Origin: an uncultured Clostridia bacterium
GTDB taxonomy: Bacteria; Bacillota; Clostridia; Oscillospirales; CAG-272
Assembly: GCA_947631765.1 (NCBI GenBank)
Contig: CANRMP010000001.1
Location: 139,587 to 203,586, forward strand
Length of the DNA stretch: 64,000 bases
Direction: 5' to 3'
Shown here: positions 55,506 through 64,000 of the stretch, one piece after another
Position numbering within the stretch: the stretch's first letter is position 1
How the letters are laid out: every line of letters begins with the position of its first letter
Program-made: the position numbers and the translations under genes
Notes under the pieces: model-generated
What the model was told of the DNA's origin: nothing
Databases searched by the model: none
The model's input: only the letters and a program-made list of their open reading frames with translations

Positions 55506-56267
55506 ATGAAGACTGCAAAAGACGCCGAGAGGTTTGAGAGGGCGTATAACGCCGTAATGTGGTCGCCCGATAACCCCGAGGGCCAAAAGATCGGAAATCT
55601 CGGAGAAAAGGCGCTTCACGCCGTGTTAAAGTACTATTTTGAGCCTGACGGGACAAAGCACGAGATAAAGGTCGGACCCTTTTTTGCCGACGCAGCCTCG
55701 GAGCGAAAAATCATTGAAATTCAGACAAAAAATTTATACGCTCTGCGAAAAAAGCTTGACTTTTTGGTTATATCTTATAAGGTCCTGCTGGTACACCCGA
55801 TAGCGGAAAATAAAACCGTGTGTTGGGTCGACCCTTTAAGCGGAGATATTAAAAGCCGAAAGAAATCCCCGAAAAAGGGCAGTATATACGACGCTCTGCC
55901 CGAGCTGTACGCTATAGAGGATTTTATCGGCGAGGAAAATTTCACCTTGTGTATTATGACGGTCGACGTCGATGAATACCGCCTTCTTGACGGATACGGT
56001 AAAGACAAAAAGAAACGCGCCACAAAATACGAGCGTGTCCCGACTTCAATTAATTCCGAAATATATTTTAAGGACAAGAGAGATTTTTACATGCTAATTC
56101 CGCCCTGCCTTAAAGAGCGCTTCACAATTGAGGATTTTAACCGCGCCGTCAGGATGCGGGGCATTGCCGCAAGCCGCGCGCTAAAATTTCTTTTGGATAT
56201 CGGACTTGTGAATTTTATCGGCAAAGAGGGCAGAAAAAATATTTATGAAATAGCAAAATCCGACTGA
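55506..56267 (+). CDS. Hypothetical protein, PD-(D/E)XK nuclease-like N-domain (CoiA-like EIQ motif) with a C-terminal winged-helix-like region
   Basis: GEKALHAVLKYYFEP...FFADAASERKIIEIQTKN fits an H...D...E.Q.K restriction-endonuclease-fold pattern. The C-terminal LKFLLDIGLVNFIGKEGRKNIYEI looks like a wHTH. It starts 10 nt after the ABC stop. Confidence 0.4.
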   Translation: MKTAKDAERFERAYNAVMWSPDNPEGQKIGNLGEKALHAVLKYYFEPDGTKHEIKVGPFFADAASERKIIEIQTKNLYALRKKLDFLVISYKVLLVHPIAENKTVCWVDPLSGDIKSRKKSPKKGSIYDALPELYAIEDFIGEENFTLCIMTVDVDEYRLLDGYGKDKKKRATKYERVPTSINSEIYFKDKRDFYMLIPPCLKERFTIEDFNRAVRMRGIAASRALKFLLDIGLVNFIGKEGRKNIYEIAKSD

Positions 56268-56329
56268 AAAATCTCGCCGCGGCAATAAGCCGCGGCAGGA
56301 AGAAACAACTTTATTTATGTAATTTCACT

Positions 56330-57208
56330 TTATTCTTGCTCTGCGTCCGAATAATACGTATCGATAGCGCTTGCAAGGCAGCTTGCAAACAGCTTCTCGT
56401 ATTCGGGGTCGATAAGGTTTGCAATGTCGATATCGCTTGTCATAAATCCGCACTCAACAAGTATTGACGAGGGGTTTGCGTATTTAAGAGAATAAAGTCG
56501 GATCGAATCGTTGTATATTATGGGGAAGCGCGAGGAGGCGCCCTTGTCAAGCAGTGAGGAGGCAATGCCGTTGGCAAGCAGATCCATTTCGGAATGATAT
56601 TCCGAGTTGTAGTATATTCTCGCGCCGTTGACGTCGCTGCTCGAGAAGGAATCGCAATGAATGGATATCATAAGGTCGATGTCAGTCTGTGAGTTGACCC
56701 AATCTACCCGCCTTTCTATATTGCATATGTCGTCCTTCATGCCGGCGGGCGAGGTCATGCTGTCGTCCTCACGAATCATAACCACCGTATAACCCATTTC
56801 TTCAAGCGCGTCCCGCAGTTTTTTTGATATTTCAAGCGTTACGTCGCTTTCATAATAAGGTTTGCCGTCATTGTCGGTAATTGTCGAGTTTGTGCCCTTG
56901 TCCTTCCAGCCGTGCCCCGCGTCAATACAAACGGTGATGCCTTTTGGCGGCACCTCAGGCGTTGAGGGGCTGTTTGGGTCCTCCGAGCCCGGGGTTGTTA
57001 CGTCGGGTGCGTTTGTGGAAGAAGAAAGAGTCGTTGAGTTGTTTTTTGTATCCTCTTTTTTACTGCTTCCCGCAACGCTTATAAGACTGCAAAGCAAAAA
57101 AATAGCAAGAACAATGCAAATTGCCGCTATCGGTCTTTTATATTCATTTAAAACGTTCAAAGCAAATGTGCCTCCCATAAAAGGTTTATACCACAATAAG
57201 TATAGCAT
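56330..57208 (-). CDS. N-acetylmuramoyl-L-alanine amidase (Amidase_3), membrane-anchored
   Basis: TM helix, Ser/Thr/Pro linker, then CIDAGHG...DVTLEI...ISIHCDS...ECGFMTS, the Zn ligands of Amidase_3. The exact start is uncertain (57208 or 57178). Confidence 0.85.
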   Translation of the reverse strand: MLYLLWYKPFMGGTFALNVLNEYKRPIAAICIVLAIFLLCSLISVAGSSKKEDTKNNSTTLSSSTNAPDVTTPGSEDPNSPSTPEVPPKGITVCIDAGHGWKDKGTNSTITDNDGKPYYESDVTLEISKKLRDALEEMGYTVVMIREDDSMTSPAGMKDDICNIERRVDWVNSQTDIDLMISIHCDSFSSSDVNGARIYYNSEYHSEMDLLANGIASSLLDKGASSRFPIIYNDSIRLYSLKYANPSSILVECGFMTSDIDIANLIDPEYEKLFASCLASAIDTYYSDAEQE

Positions 57209-57277
57209 AAGTTAAGAAAGCCTTGTTAAACAATTTGTAAATTAAATATAATAAAATAATTCTGAAAGGAAAACACG

Positions 57278-57847
57278 ATGAAAAAGCACATTAAAATCAA
57301 CAAAGGCGTAATAATCCTCTCGGTACTGCTCGCGGTTATTCTGATTTACTGCTTTGTCTACGGAATTTTCATGAATGTCCAGACAAAAAAGATAAGGGAT
57401 ATTTGCGACGATTATTTTGAGGATTTTGCAAAATTCTCCGAGTTTGACGGCGACTACCTGTCAAGAAAAGAGCTGCTGGACCTCAAGGATAATATGAGGG
57501 CGGCGCTTGGAAAATATTTTATCGACGACGAGGACGTGAGCGAAAGAGTCTTTAAATCAAACGACGAATATTACGACTATATGAACGACAACCATATACA
57601 GCTCCGCTCGTGTGAAATCAAGGCAAAGCCCGACGAATACAGGATAAGCTTTGACGGCTTCAACAAAGCCACAATTTCGGTTTACGTCGATTTTTCTTAC
57701 ATATACATGGGAAAAAGAGTAAACAGTCAAGACAGCTATTACGATTATTATTACCAACTGAGCTTTGAAAGATCCGGCGGAAAGTGGTATATCACATATG
57801 CCGATTCGATGTACGATACAGCGATACTGACCGGAGGTATGAACTAA
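57278..57847 (+). CDS. Hypothetical membrane-anchored protein
   Basis: 189 aa with one N-terminal TM helix and an acidic, Tyr-rich ectodomain. Its stop overlaps the start of the following ABC ATPase gene. Confidence 0.45.
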   Translation: MKKHIKINKGVIILSVLLAVILIYCFVYGIFMNVQTKKIRDICDDYFEDFAKFSEFDGDYLSRKELLDLKDNMRAALGKYFIDDEDVSERVFKSNDEYYDYMNDNHIQLRSCEIKAKPDEYRISFDGFNKATISVYVDFSYIYMGKRVNSQDSYYDYYYQLSFERSGGKWYITYADSMYDTAILTGGMN

Positions 57848-58770
57848 TGGAAAAAGTACTTGAGGTAAAGAATTTGAGCAAAAGTCTTTCCGGACGGCTT
57901 ATAATAAACGACGTCAGCTTCGACGTTTTCTCCGGAGAGGTATTCGGTTTTCTCGGACCGAACGGCGCGGGCAAGTCCACGACAATCAAAATGATACTCG
58001 GACTGCTCACCGAGGACTGCGGAACCATAACAATAAACGGCTTCGACCACCGCAAGGAATATGAAAAGTCGATGAAGAAGGTGGGCGGAATAGTGGAAAA
58101 TCCCGAAATGTATGAAAACCTTTCGGGAAGGACAAATATTGAAATGTACGCAAGGCTTCATGAGGGAGTTACACCCGAGCGAATAAACGAGGTAATCGAG
58201 CTTGTCGGAATGACGCTTTGGGCAAAGGAAAAGGTCAAAAAATACTCTCTCGGAATGAAGCAAAGAATGGGAATTGCCCAGGCGCTTGTTCACAGACCAA
58301 ATCTACTGATACTTGACGAGCCCACAAACGGTCTTGACGCTCAGGGGATTATGGAGCTTAGAAACATGCTAAAAAGGCTTGCCCACGAGGAGGGGGTCGC
58401 AATTCTTGTATCCTCCCATCAGCTTTTTGAAATGGAGCAGATGTGCGACAGAATTTGCATAATTTCAAGAGGCAAAATAGCGGCGATAAACACAATAGAG
58501 GAGCTGAGAGCGCTTGGCGGCGAGGATAATTACCTGCTCAGCACCGCCGATGTAAATCGCGCCGTCGAGATACTAAATAGTGCGGGCAAAGGAAATATAA
58601 TAAAGCAGACGGCGGAAGGAAAGCTTACGCTTGTCGCCTCGGATGAAGAAATATCAGGCATTATAAAGCTGCTTTCCACCTCGGATGTATTAATCACCGG
58701 AGTAAACAAGATAACCGCTTCGCTTGAAGAAGCATATATTGAGATTTTGAACGGAGGTGCGAAAAAATGA
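57847..58770 (+). CDS. ABC transporter ATP-binding protein (ABC-2 / DrrA-like subfamily)
   Basis: Start at MEKVLEVKNLSK (GGAGG upstream). Motifs GPNGAGKST, LGMKQRMGIAQAL and LLILDEPTNGLD. Confidence 0.92.
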   Translation: MEKVLEVKNLSKSLSGRLIINDVSFDVFSGEVFGFLGPNGAGKSTTIKMILGLLTEDCGTITINGFDHRKEYEKSMKKVGGIVENPEMYENLSGRTNIEMYARLHEGVTPERINEVIELVGMTLWAKEKVKKYSLGMKQRMGIAQALVHRPNLLILDEPTNGLDAQGIMELRNMLKRLAHEEGVAILVSSHQLFEMEQMCDRICIISRGKIAAINTIEELRALGGEDNYLLSTADVNRAVEILNSAGKGNIIKQTAEGKLTLVASDEEISGIIKLLSTSDVLITGVNKITASLEEAYIEILNGGAKK

Positions 58771-60281
58771 CCGGATTAAAGGCGCTTATTCATAACGAGC
58801 TTATAAAATCGGTAAAGCGTTCCGCCATTATACTGTTTATCATAATGATATCGCTGACTCTTATTCTGGGCGCGCTTGTTTCGCTTGTGTTCAGCATTTC
58901 CGACGGAATTATATCCGACGTCAATTATATGGACAACATAGACGAGTCTATCGAAAGCACAAGAGAGTTGTATCTTTCAGCCACCGACCCTGCGGATAAG
59001 CTGAGCTATGCGGAACAGCTTTCGGAATATGAGGCGCAAAAGTACCTTCTTGAAGACGAGGATTACACCATTGCCGCTTACAAATACGCCATGTATTATG
59101 ACGCTGTCGATATGTATTCAAGCCTTATTTTCCAAGGGTATTATGACGACATAATATCGGGAAGCGGTCATATTTCGGATGAAATTCTCAGCGAGTACAG
59201 CTATATTTTCGATATAGACGTAACACAGGCTCAAGTGTATGCCGACGAATACAAGAGCATTAAGAGCTTTGACGATTATATCGACTACATGAATAAGCAG
59301 ATTAACAGCTCAAATCTCACATCCGACCAAAAGGAAATTGAGAAAAGGGCGCTTGAATATCACGTGATGATCGATCCCGATGGAAGCGATATTTATTCCT
59401 CTCAATCTATAGAGCAATACAAAACCTTGGCTTATTCAATTAACGACAAGCATGATTATCCCGAGTCGCTCAGCGTGCTTTCCTACGAAAAAGAGGAAGA
59501 GTACAGAAATGCGCTTGCCGCCCTTGAAACAAGCTTTAATAAGGGAGCAGGCGTGAACTCGGGCAGGTATTACGGAGAGCTCACCTCGGAGGTTATGCTT
59601 TCGGTGTCAATGTCGTTTACGATGATTATACTTGTAGTTATTTCGGGCGGCATGATATCCTCCGAGATTACCTCGGGCTCCATTAAATCCTTGGTTATCG
59701 CTCCCGTAAAGCGTTATAAGATAGCGCTTGCGAAAATAATAACTATCGCGGTATACGGGCTTGGTCTTACCCTTGTAGCTTATCTTGTAACGTTTATTAT
59801 CGTATCGCTGATATACGGAGGACCGTCTGCAATAATGCCGTACGTCACCTCGTTTTCGCTTGTGATTCCGGGACCGCTGTACCTGCTTATTAAATTCCTC
59901 ATTTACTACTTTGAGGCAATGGTATACGCAATGTTTGCCTTTATGCTGTCGGTACTCACAAAGAACACCGCCATTTCGGTGGCAATTCCCCTGCTTATCG
60001 ATATGGTGATTTCGGGAATAGGACAGCTTGTTGCACTGCTCAGCGGCAATAATATCGTAAGCATGGTAATAAACTGCCTGCCGACAAGTCATTTTGATAT
60101 ATGCAGCAGACTCTTCGGATTCTCCGCGTCGGGCATTAACATAACGCTTAACGGGGAAACACTCTCGGGCGTCGCAAGCTCCCCTTCGCCTGTTATATCC
60201 TTTATTTATCTGTTCGTCTTGGGGCTTGGAATGACGCTTGCGGCAATAGACACATTCAGACATCGGGACATAGTCAAATAA
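58767..60281 (+). CDS. ABC-2 type permease with a large extracytoplasmic domain
   Basis: 504 aa. One N-terminal TM, a soluble segment of about 240 aa, then 5 TM helices. 4-nt overlap with the ATPase gene. Confidence 0.75.
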   Translation: MTGLKALIHNELIKSVKRSAIILFIIMISLTLILGALVSLVFSISDGIISDVNYMDNIDESIESTRELYLSATDPADKLSYAEQLSEYEAQKYLLEDEDYTIAAYKYAMYYDAVDMYSSLIFQGYYDDIISGSGHISDEILSEYSYIFDIDVTQAQVYADEYKSIKSFDDYIDYMNKQINSSNLTSDQKEIEKRALEYHVMIDPDGSDIYSSQSIEQYKTLAYSINDKHDYPESLSVLSYEKEEEYRNALAALETSFNKGAGVNSGRYYGELTSEVMLSVSMSFTMIILVVISGGMISSEITSGSIKSLVIAPVKRYKIALAKIITIAVYGLGLTLVAYLVTFIIVSLIYGGPSAIMPYVTSFSLVIPGPLYLLIKFLIYYFEAMVYAMFAFMLSVLTKNTAISVAIPLLIDMVISGIGQLVALLSGNNIVSMVINCLPTSHFDICSRLFGFSASGINITLNGETLSGVASSPSPVISFIYLFVLGLGMTLAAIDTFRHRDIVK

Positions 60282-60298
60282 AAACCGCATATAATTTT

Positions 60299-60335
60299 AA
60301 CCGGAAGAGCAAAGGCCGCCCTTCCGGTTTTTATT
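60299..60335. terminator. Bidirectional terminator (ABC-2 operon / sigG)
   Basis: Stem AACCGGAAG / CTTCCGGTT, followed by TTTTATTTAT. Confidence 0.75.
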
Positions 60336-60351
60336 TATATAGAAAGCCGCG

Positions 60352-61146
60352 TCACATATGATGCCTTATTTTTTCGAGTGCGCCCTTTTCGAGTCTTGAG
60401 ACCTGAGCCTGTGAAATGCCTATAAGCGCGGCTATTTCGGTTTGAGTTTTGCCTTTGTAAAAGCGTAGGTTGATTATCTTTTTTTCTCTTTCGGAAAGCT
60501 TTTTAATAGCCTCCTTCAGGGCGATGGATTCAAGCCACGCTTCGTCGGTGTTGTCGGTGTCGCTTATCTGGTCCATAATATAAATGGAATCGGAGGACGA
60601 GCCGTCGGAATAGACCGGGTCAAAAAGCGAGACAGGCTCGATAATGGCTTCAAGAGCGGAAACAACCTCCTCTTTTGTGTGCTTTTCCCCGTTTTTTTCA
60701 AGCTCGGCGCATATACTCTCGATTGTCGGCTCCGCACAGCCCGATTTGCTTATGTTTTCTCTTATGCAAAGCGCTTTATAGGCAAGGTCTCTAACACTCC
60801 TGCTGACTCTGACGGCGTTGTTGTCTCTTAAATACCTTCTCACCTCTCCTATAATCATCGGCACCGCATAGGTGCTGAACTGAACGTCAAGCGAGGTGTT
60901 GAAATTGTCCACCGCTTTTATAAGCCCCACGCATCCCACCTGAAAGAGATCGTCAAGGTTTTCGCCTCTGCTTGCAAAACGTTGAATGATACTGAGCACA
61001 AGGCGCAAATTGCCGTCTATCATCTTTTGGCGCGCCTCCTTGTCCCCCTTTTTGCTCCTTTCAAGAAGCTCCGCCTTTTCCTCACAGGTCAGCACCTTGA
61101 GCTTTGACGTGTTTATTCCGCATATTACCACTTTATTATAATACAT
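60352..61146 (-). CDS. sigG: Sporulation sigma factor SigG
   Basis: VVICGINTSKLKVLTCEE...GDKEARQKMIDGNLRLVLSIIQRF..RGENLDDLFQVGCVGLIKAVDNF....VQFSTYAVPMIIGEVRRYLRDNNAVRVSRSVRDLAYKAL is nearly colinear with B. subtilis SigG as I remember it. Confidence 0.85.
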   Translation of the reverse strand: MYYNKVVICGINTSKLKVLTCEEKAELLERSKKGDKEARQKMIDGNLRLVLSIIQRFASRGENLDDLFQVGCVGLIKAVDNFNTSLDVQFSTYAVPMIIGEVRRYLRDNNAVRVSRSVRDLAYKALCIRENISKSGCAEPTIESICAELEKNGEKHTKEEVVSALEAIIEPVSLFDPVYSDGSSSDSIYIMDQISDTDNTDEAWLESIALKEAIKKLSEREKKIINLRFYKGKTQTEIAALIGISQAQVSRLEKGALEKIRHHM

Positions 61147-61172
61147 TTATATAACCTTTCCTTTCTGTTCTT

Positions 61173-61200
61173 TTGTCCGAAAAATTCGTTTTTCGGACAA
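61173..61200 (-). promoter_or_regulatory. Perfect 12-bp hairpin in the sigG 5' region, about 25 nt upstream of the ATG
   Basis: TTGTCCGAAAAA - TTCG - TTTTTCGGACAA, located just 5' of the SD (GAAAGGAAAGG) on the minus strand. Confidence 0.5.
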
Positions 61201-61454
61201 AAATCCTTTTTTTGTAAGCGGCGCCGCAAAACTGTTTTTTGCTGTCTTGATTATTGACAAAACATGCAGAGTGTAATTCTTCTTTTGGCAAGGTAATTGT
61301 TGGTTATAGAAAGTTTACAATATGTATTTGATTTTTAAATAAGGCGGTGATAAAATAATAAGCAAATTATAAAAGCTTGTATATTATTTGCGTATCGGCG
61401 GCGCTTGTCGGTTTATAATAATACGCATAGGATAAGAAAGGACGATAATGACAT

Positions 61455-62612
61455 ATGAAAAAATACCGTCTTATCAGTTGGTGGAAGCTTTTAATTGTTG
61501 ACACGGTTGCGCTTGCTCTGGTGCTCTCTGTTTTCTGCTATTTTCACCATATAAGAGAGATGTGGTTCTTGCCGAGCCTTGAAGACGGAGATGAGCCAAG
61601 CATCACAACCGCAGGCATGATAAGACCCCCGAAGGCGACGACCCCGCAAAATAACAGCACAAAGCCGCCCGTAACCCAAGGAACCGACGGTCCCGATGGG
61701 ACTGCCTCGCAAAGCGGAGAGAATAATACAGATCCTCCCGAACCGGTTGACGAAGGGGATTTCGGCGCACGCTTTCCCGGAGTTTTTCTTGCCGAGGGCG
61801 AGCTTATTTCAGAGCCTGATCGCTATGTGAGCCACGATATAAGCATTACCTATAACAAGGTCACAATACAAATCAGCGGGCACGATGTGATGTATCACTA
61901 TTATGACGTGTATATCCGCAATATTGAGAACCTGTACACCGTGACAATCACGGGAACTACGAATAAAAGTCTCGATTCGCTCGAAAAAATGGGCTCACAG
62001 CTTACAGATGAGAATGATGAGCTGATAAACGACGGGCTTCCGGTACTCAGCATGAACGGCGACTTTTGGAAGCGCAATAAGGCGCTTATTGCCGAAAGAA
62101 ACTATGTGCTTTACAAGGAGAGCGATTATATCAACAATGATATATGCGTGCTCTACTATGACGGCACAATGGAGGTAATTACTCCCTCGGAGTTTAACTT
62201 GCAGGAGGTTAAAGACAAAATCCCCTATCAGATATGGTATTTCGGACCCGGACTGCTTAACAAGGACGGTGAGCCGCGCGGGGAAAGCTCGAGCGATTAC
62301 AAGGTGGACGGCGCAAGCTACAACGGCATTATCGGGGGGAGAAACCCGAGAGCGGCTCTTGGATATTACGAGCCGGGACATTACGCATTTGTCGTGGTAG
62401 ACGGCAGAAGCGACGCGTCATACGGTATAAACGTTCCGAACCTTGCGAAAATAATGTCGGATATCGGCTGTAAGGTTGCGTACAATCTTGATGGCGGAAA
62501 CAGCGCGCAGGTCAAGTTCAACGGAGAATATCAGCGCAAGAGCGACCAAAAGCAGGGTCAAAGATCGCTTAACGATATTGTCTGCGTTGGAGAAGTGATA
62601 AAAAAAGACTAA
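61455..62612 (+). CDS. Phosphodiester glycosidase family (DUF2233/NAGPA-like) secreted protein, N-terminal TM anchor
   Basis: TM helix, Pro/Thr linker, and a C-terminal block PRAALGYYEPGHYAFVVVDGR...YNLDGGNSAQ typical of this family. Confidence 0.65.
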   Translation: MKKYRLISWWKLLIVDTVALALVLSVFCYFHHIREMWFLPSLEDGDEPSITTAGMIRPPKATTPQNNSTKPPVTQGTDGPDGTASQSGENNTDPPEPVDEGDFGARFPGVFLAEGELISEPDRYVSHDISITYNKVTIQISGHDVMYHYYDVYIRNIENLYTVTITGTTNKSLDSLEKMGSQLTDENDELINDGLPVLSMNGDFWKRNKALIAERNYVLYKESDYINNDICVLYYDGTMEVITPSEFNLQEVKDKIPYQIWYFGPGLLNKDGEPRGESSSDYKVDGASYNGIIGGRNPRAALGYYEPGHYAFVVVDGRSDASYGINVPNLAKIMSDIGCKVAYNLDGGNSAQVKFNGEYQRKSDQKQGQRSLNDIVCVGEVIKKD

Positions 62613-62634
62613 AAGGCAAAATATTATAACACCG

Positions 62635-62660
62635 TCCGCCGCGTTATTTGACGCGGCGGA
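62635..62660 (+). terminator. Hairpin after the glycosidase gene
   Basis: Stem TCCGCCGCG / CGCGGCGGA (9 bp) with only a weak T-run. Confidence 0.5.
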
Positions 62661-62783
62661 TGTATATTGTATTTATTCTTTCTTTTTTAAAATAAATAGG
62701 CGATTTTGTATTGACTATTATCAAAAGATATGATAAAATTAAAACAACAAAAAAATAAATGTAAATGAAAGGACGGGAAAGCC

Positions 62784-63587
62784 GTGGGAACATTTCTCAG
62801 CACTCTCATTGAGTTTTTAACCTCTGCGGGAATAAGACTTATTATTGCCATTGCTTTTGTTGGTATCACCTGGTATCTTACAAAAAAATTATTCAAGCTT
62901 CTTTCAAAATCAAAGAAACTGTCGTCTCTTGACAAGACGGTCAGCAAATTTGCAATTAATTGTCTCGCCTTTATTACAAGGGCAATTATACTTGTAATCG
63001 GCGCCTCGATTTTGGGAGTCGACATGACCTCCGTTGTGGCTATTTTTGCGGCACTCGGTGTTACAGTCGGTCTTGCGCTTCAAGGCGGACTTTCAAACAT
63101 TACCGGCGGAATTATTATACTTATCTTCAAGCCCTTCAGAATCGACAATTTTGTTGAGGCAAACGGCGTTGTGGGAACGGTTACTGATATAAATATATTC
63201 TACACCGTGCTTAAAACCCCCGACAACAAGACAATTTACATGCCCAATTCGAGCGTTTCCAACGTTAACGTCATCAACTACTCGGTTGAGGATATCAGAA
63301 GAGTGGACTTTGTCTTCTCGGTTGAATACGGCGCAAATACCGACGGCGTTAAAGCGCTTCTTCTTGATGTTGCGTCTAAAAATGAGCTGGTTCTTAAAAA
63401 TCCCGCTCCCACCTCGCGTATAGATTCCTTTAATGAAAACTCAATAAGAGTAAATCTGCGCGTATGGTGCCAAAACAGCGATTATTGGGAAGTTTATTTC
63501 TCAATCAATGAGGCTGTTAAAGCGGGCTTTGAAAAGTACGGCGTCACAATTCCGTTCAATCAGCTTACGGTTCATATCGATAAATAA
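62784..63587 (+). CDS. MscS-family small-conductance mechanosensitive channel
   Basis: 267 aa. Three TM helices, the pore helix GVTVGLALQGGLSNITGGIIILIFKPF, and a beta-domain with VGTVTDINIFYT. Confidence 0.9.
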   Translation: MGTFLSTLIEFLTSAGIRLIIAIAFVGITWYLTKKLFKLLSKSKKLSSLDKTVSKFAINCLAFITRAIILVIGASILGVDMTSVVAIFAALGVTVGLALQGGLSNITGGIIILIFKPFRIDNFVEANGVVGTVTDINIFYTVLKTPDNKTIYMPNSSVSNVNVINYSVEDIRRVDFVFSVEYGANTDGVKALLLDVASKNELVLKNPAPTSRIDSFNENSIRVNLRVWCQNSDYWEVYFSINEAVKAGFEKYGVTIPFNQLTVHIDK

Positions 63588-63671
63588 GAAACAAAAAGAC
63601 TATGAAATAAGTTTTCGCCTGTGTGTTTTTTTCCTCTCACACGGGCGATTTTTCACGAAAGGCAGGAAAAG

Positions 63672-64000
63672 ATGAAGGTAAAGGCAGTTTTGTTTGATCT
63701 TGACGGCACACTGCTCAATATGGATCAAGATGAATTTGTAAACGGATATTTCAAATTGTTGGCGCGCAAAATGATACCGCACGGGTACACTGCGGATAAG
63801 CTTTTCGATACTGTCTGGAAGGGAACCGCCGAAATGGTGAAAAACGACGGCAGTAAAACCAACGAGGAGGCTTTTTGGAGCAAGGCGCGCGAAATATACG
63901 GCGAAAAGATAATTGAGGACAAACCGCTCTTTGATGAGTTTTACATAAAGGATTTTCGGGGAGCCGAGGTGTTTTGCAAGAGAAATCCAAAAGCGAAAGA
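63672..64000 (+). CDS. HAD-superfamily hydrolase, N-terminal part (runs off the window end)
   Basis: The ATG at 63672 is preceded by GGCAGGAAAAG. MKVKAVLFDLDGTLLNM is HAD motif I. The frame stays open to position 64000. Confidence 0.8.
   Translation, partial: MKVKAVLFDLDGTLLNMDQDEFVNGYFKLLARKMIPHGYTADKLFDTVWKGTAEMVKNDGSKTNEEAFWSKAREIYGEKIIEDKPLFDEFYIKDFRGAEVFCKRNPKAK

Overview
This is a dense 64-kb chromosomal segment with about 58 protein genes on both strands. Gene content points to an endospore-forming, H2-metabolising Clostridia with cohesin/dockerin proteins, probably Oscillospiraceae/Ruminococcaceae-like; the taxon is inferred from gene content only. I found no rRNA, tRNA, CRISPR array, transposase, integrase or prophage module.

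Housekeeping and sporulation genes recognised from their translations:
- efp (partial), M24 Xaa-Pro peptidase, YqeG phosphatase, mgsA, tex, the rplU-prp-rpmA operon behind a structured leader, and folD.
- spoVAC-spoVAD-spoVAE, comEC, hup, malic enzyme, pdaA plus a second NodB deacetylase, an Amidase_3 amidase, sigG and an MscS channel.
- A TM1266-type regulator followed by hydE-hydG-hydF.

Observations worth a second look:
1. A G9 homopolymer separates a lipoprotein signal peptide from a roughly 20-repeat BspA-type LRR body. It is a phase-variation candidate or a homopolymer assembly error. The gene also contains long identical internal DNA repeats.
2. A secreted GH24-like lysozyme-SH3b-LRR-Ig-dockerin protein sits next to a membrane-anchored cohesin-like/cadherin-like protein. 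A divergent sigma factor and a soluble H-x3-C-x2-C anti-sigma-like protein follow.
3. Two paralogous ABC exporter genes each carry an unusual N-terminal zinc-ribbon domain. They bracket a DUF1854-like gene and are followed by a PD-(D/E)XK-like gene. The first has no canonical start codon for its N-domain.
4. A 1855-aa protein has the layout of a cyclic beta-1,2-glucan synthase.
5. A consensus promoter plus an intrinsic terminator lies in front of the hydrogenase maturation operon.
6. A Bce-type detoxification module has a TraX-family gene inserted between the response regulator and the kinase.
7. An orphan Fe-S hydro-lyase beta subunit is translationally coupled to an HTH-TPR regulator.

All functional calls come from motif recognition by eye. 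No database search was run.
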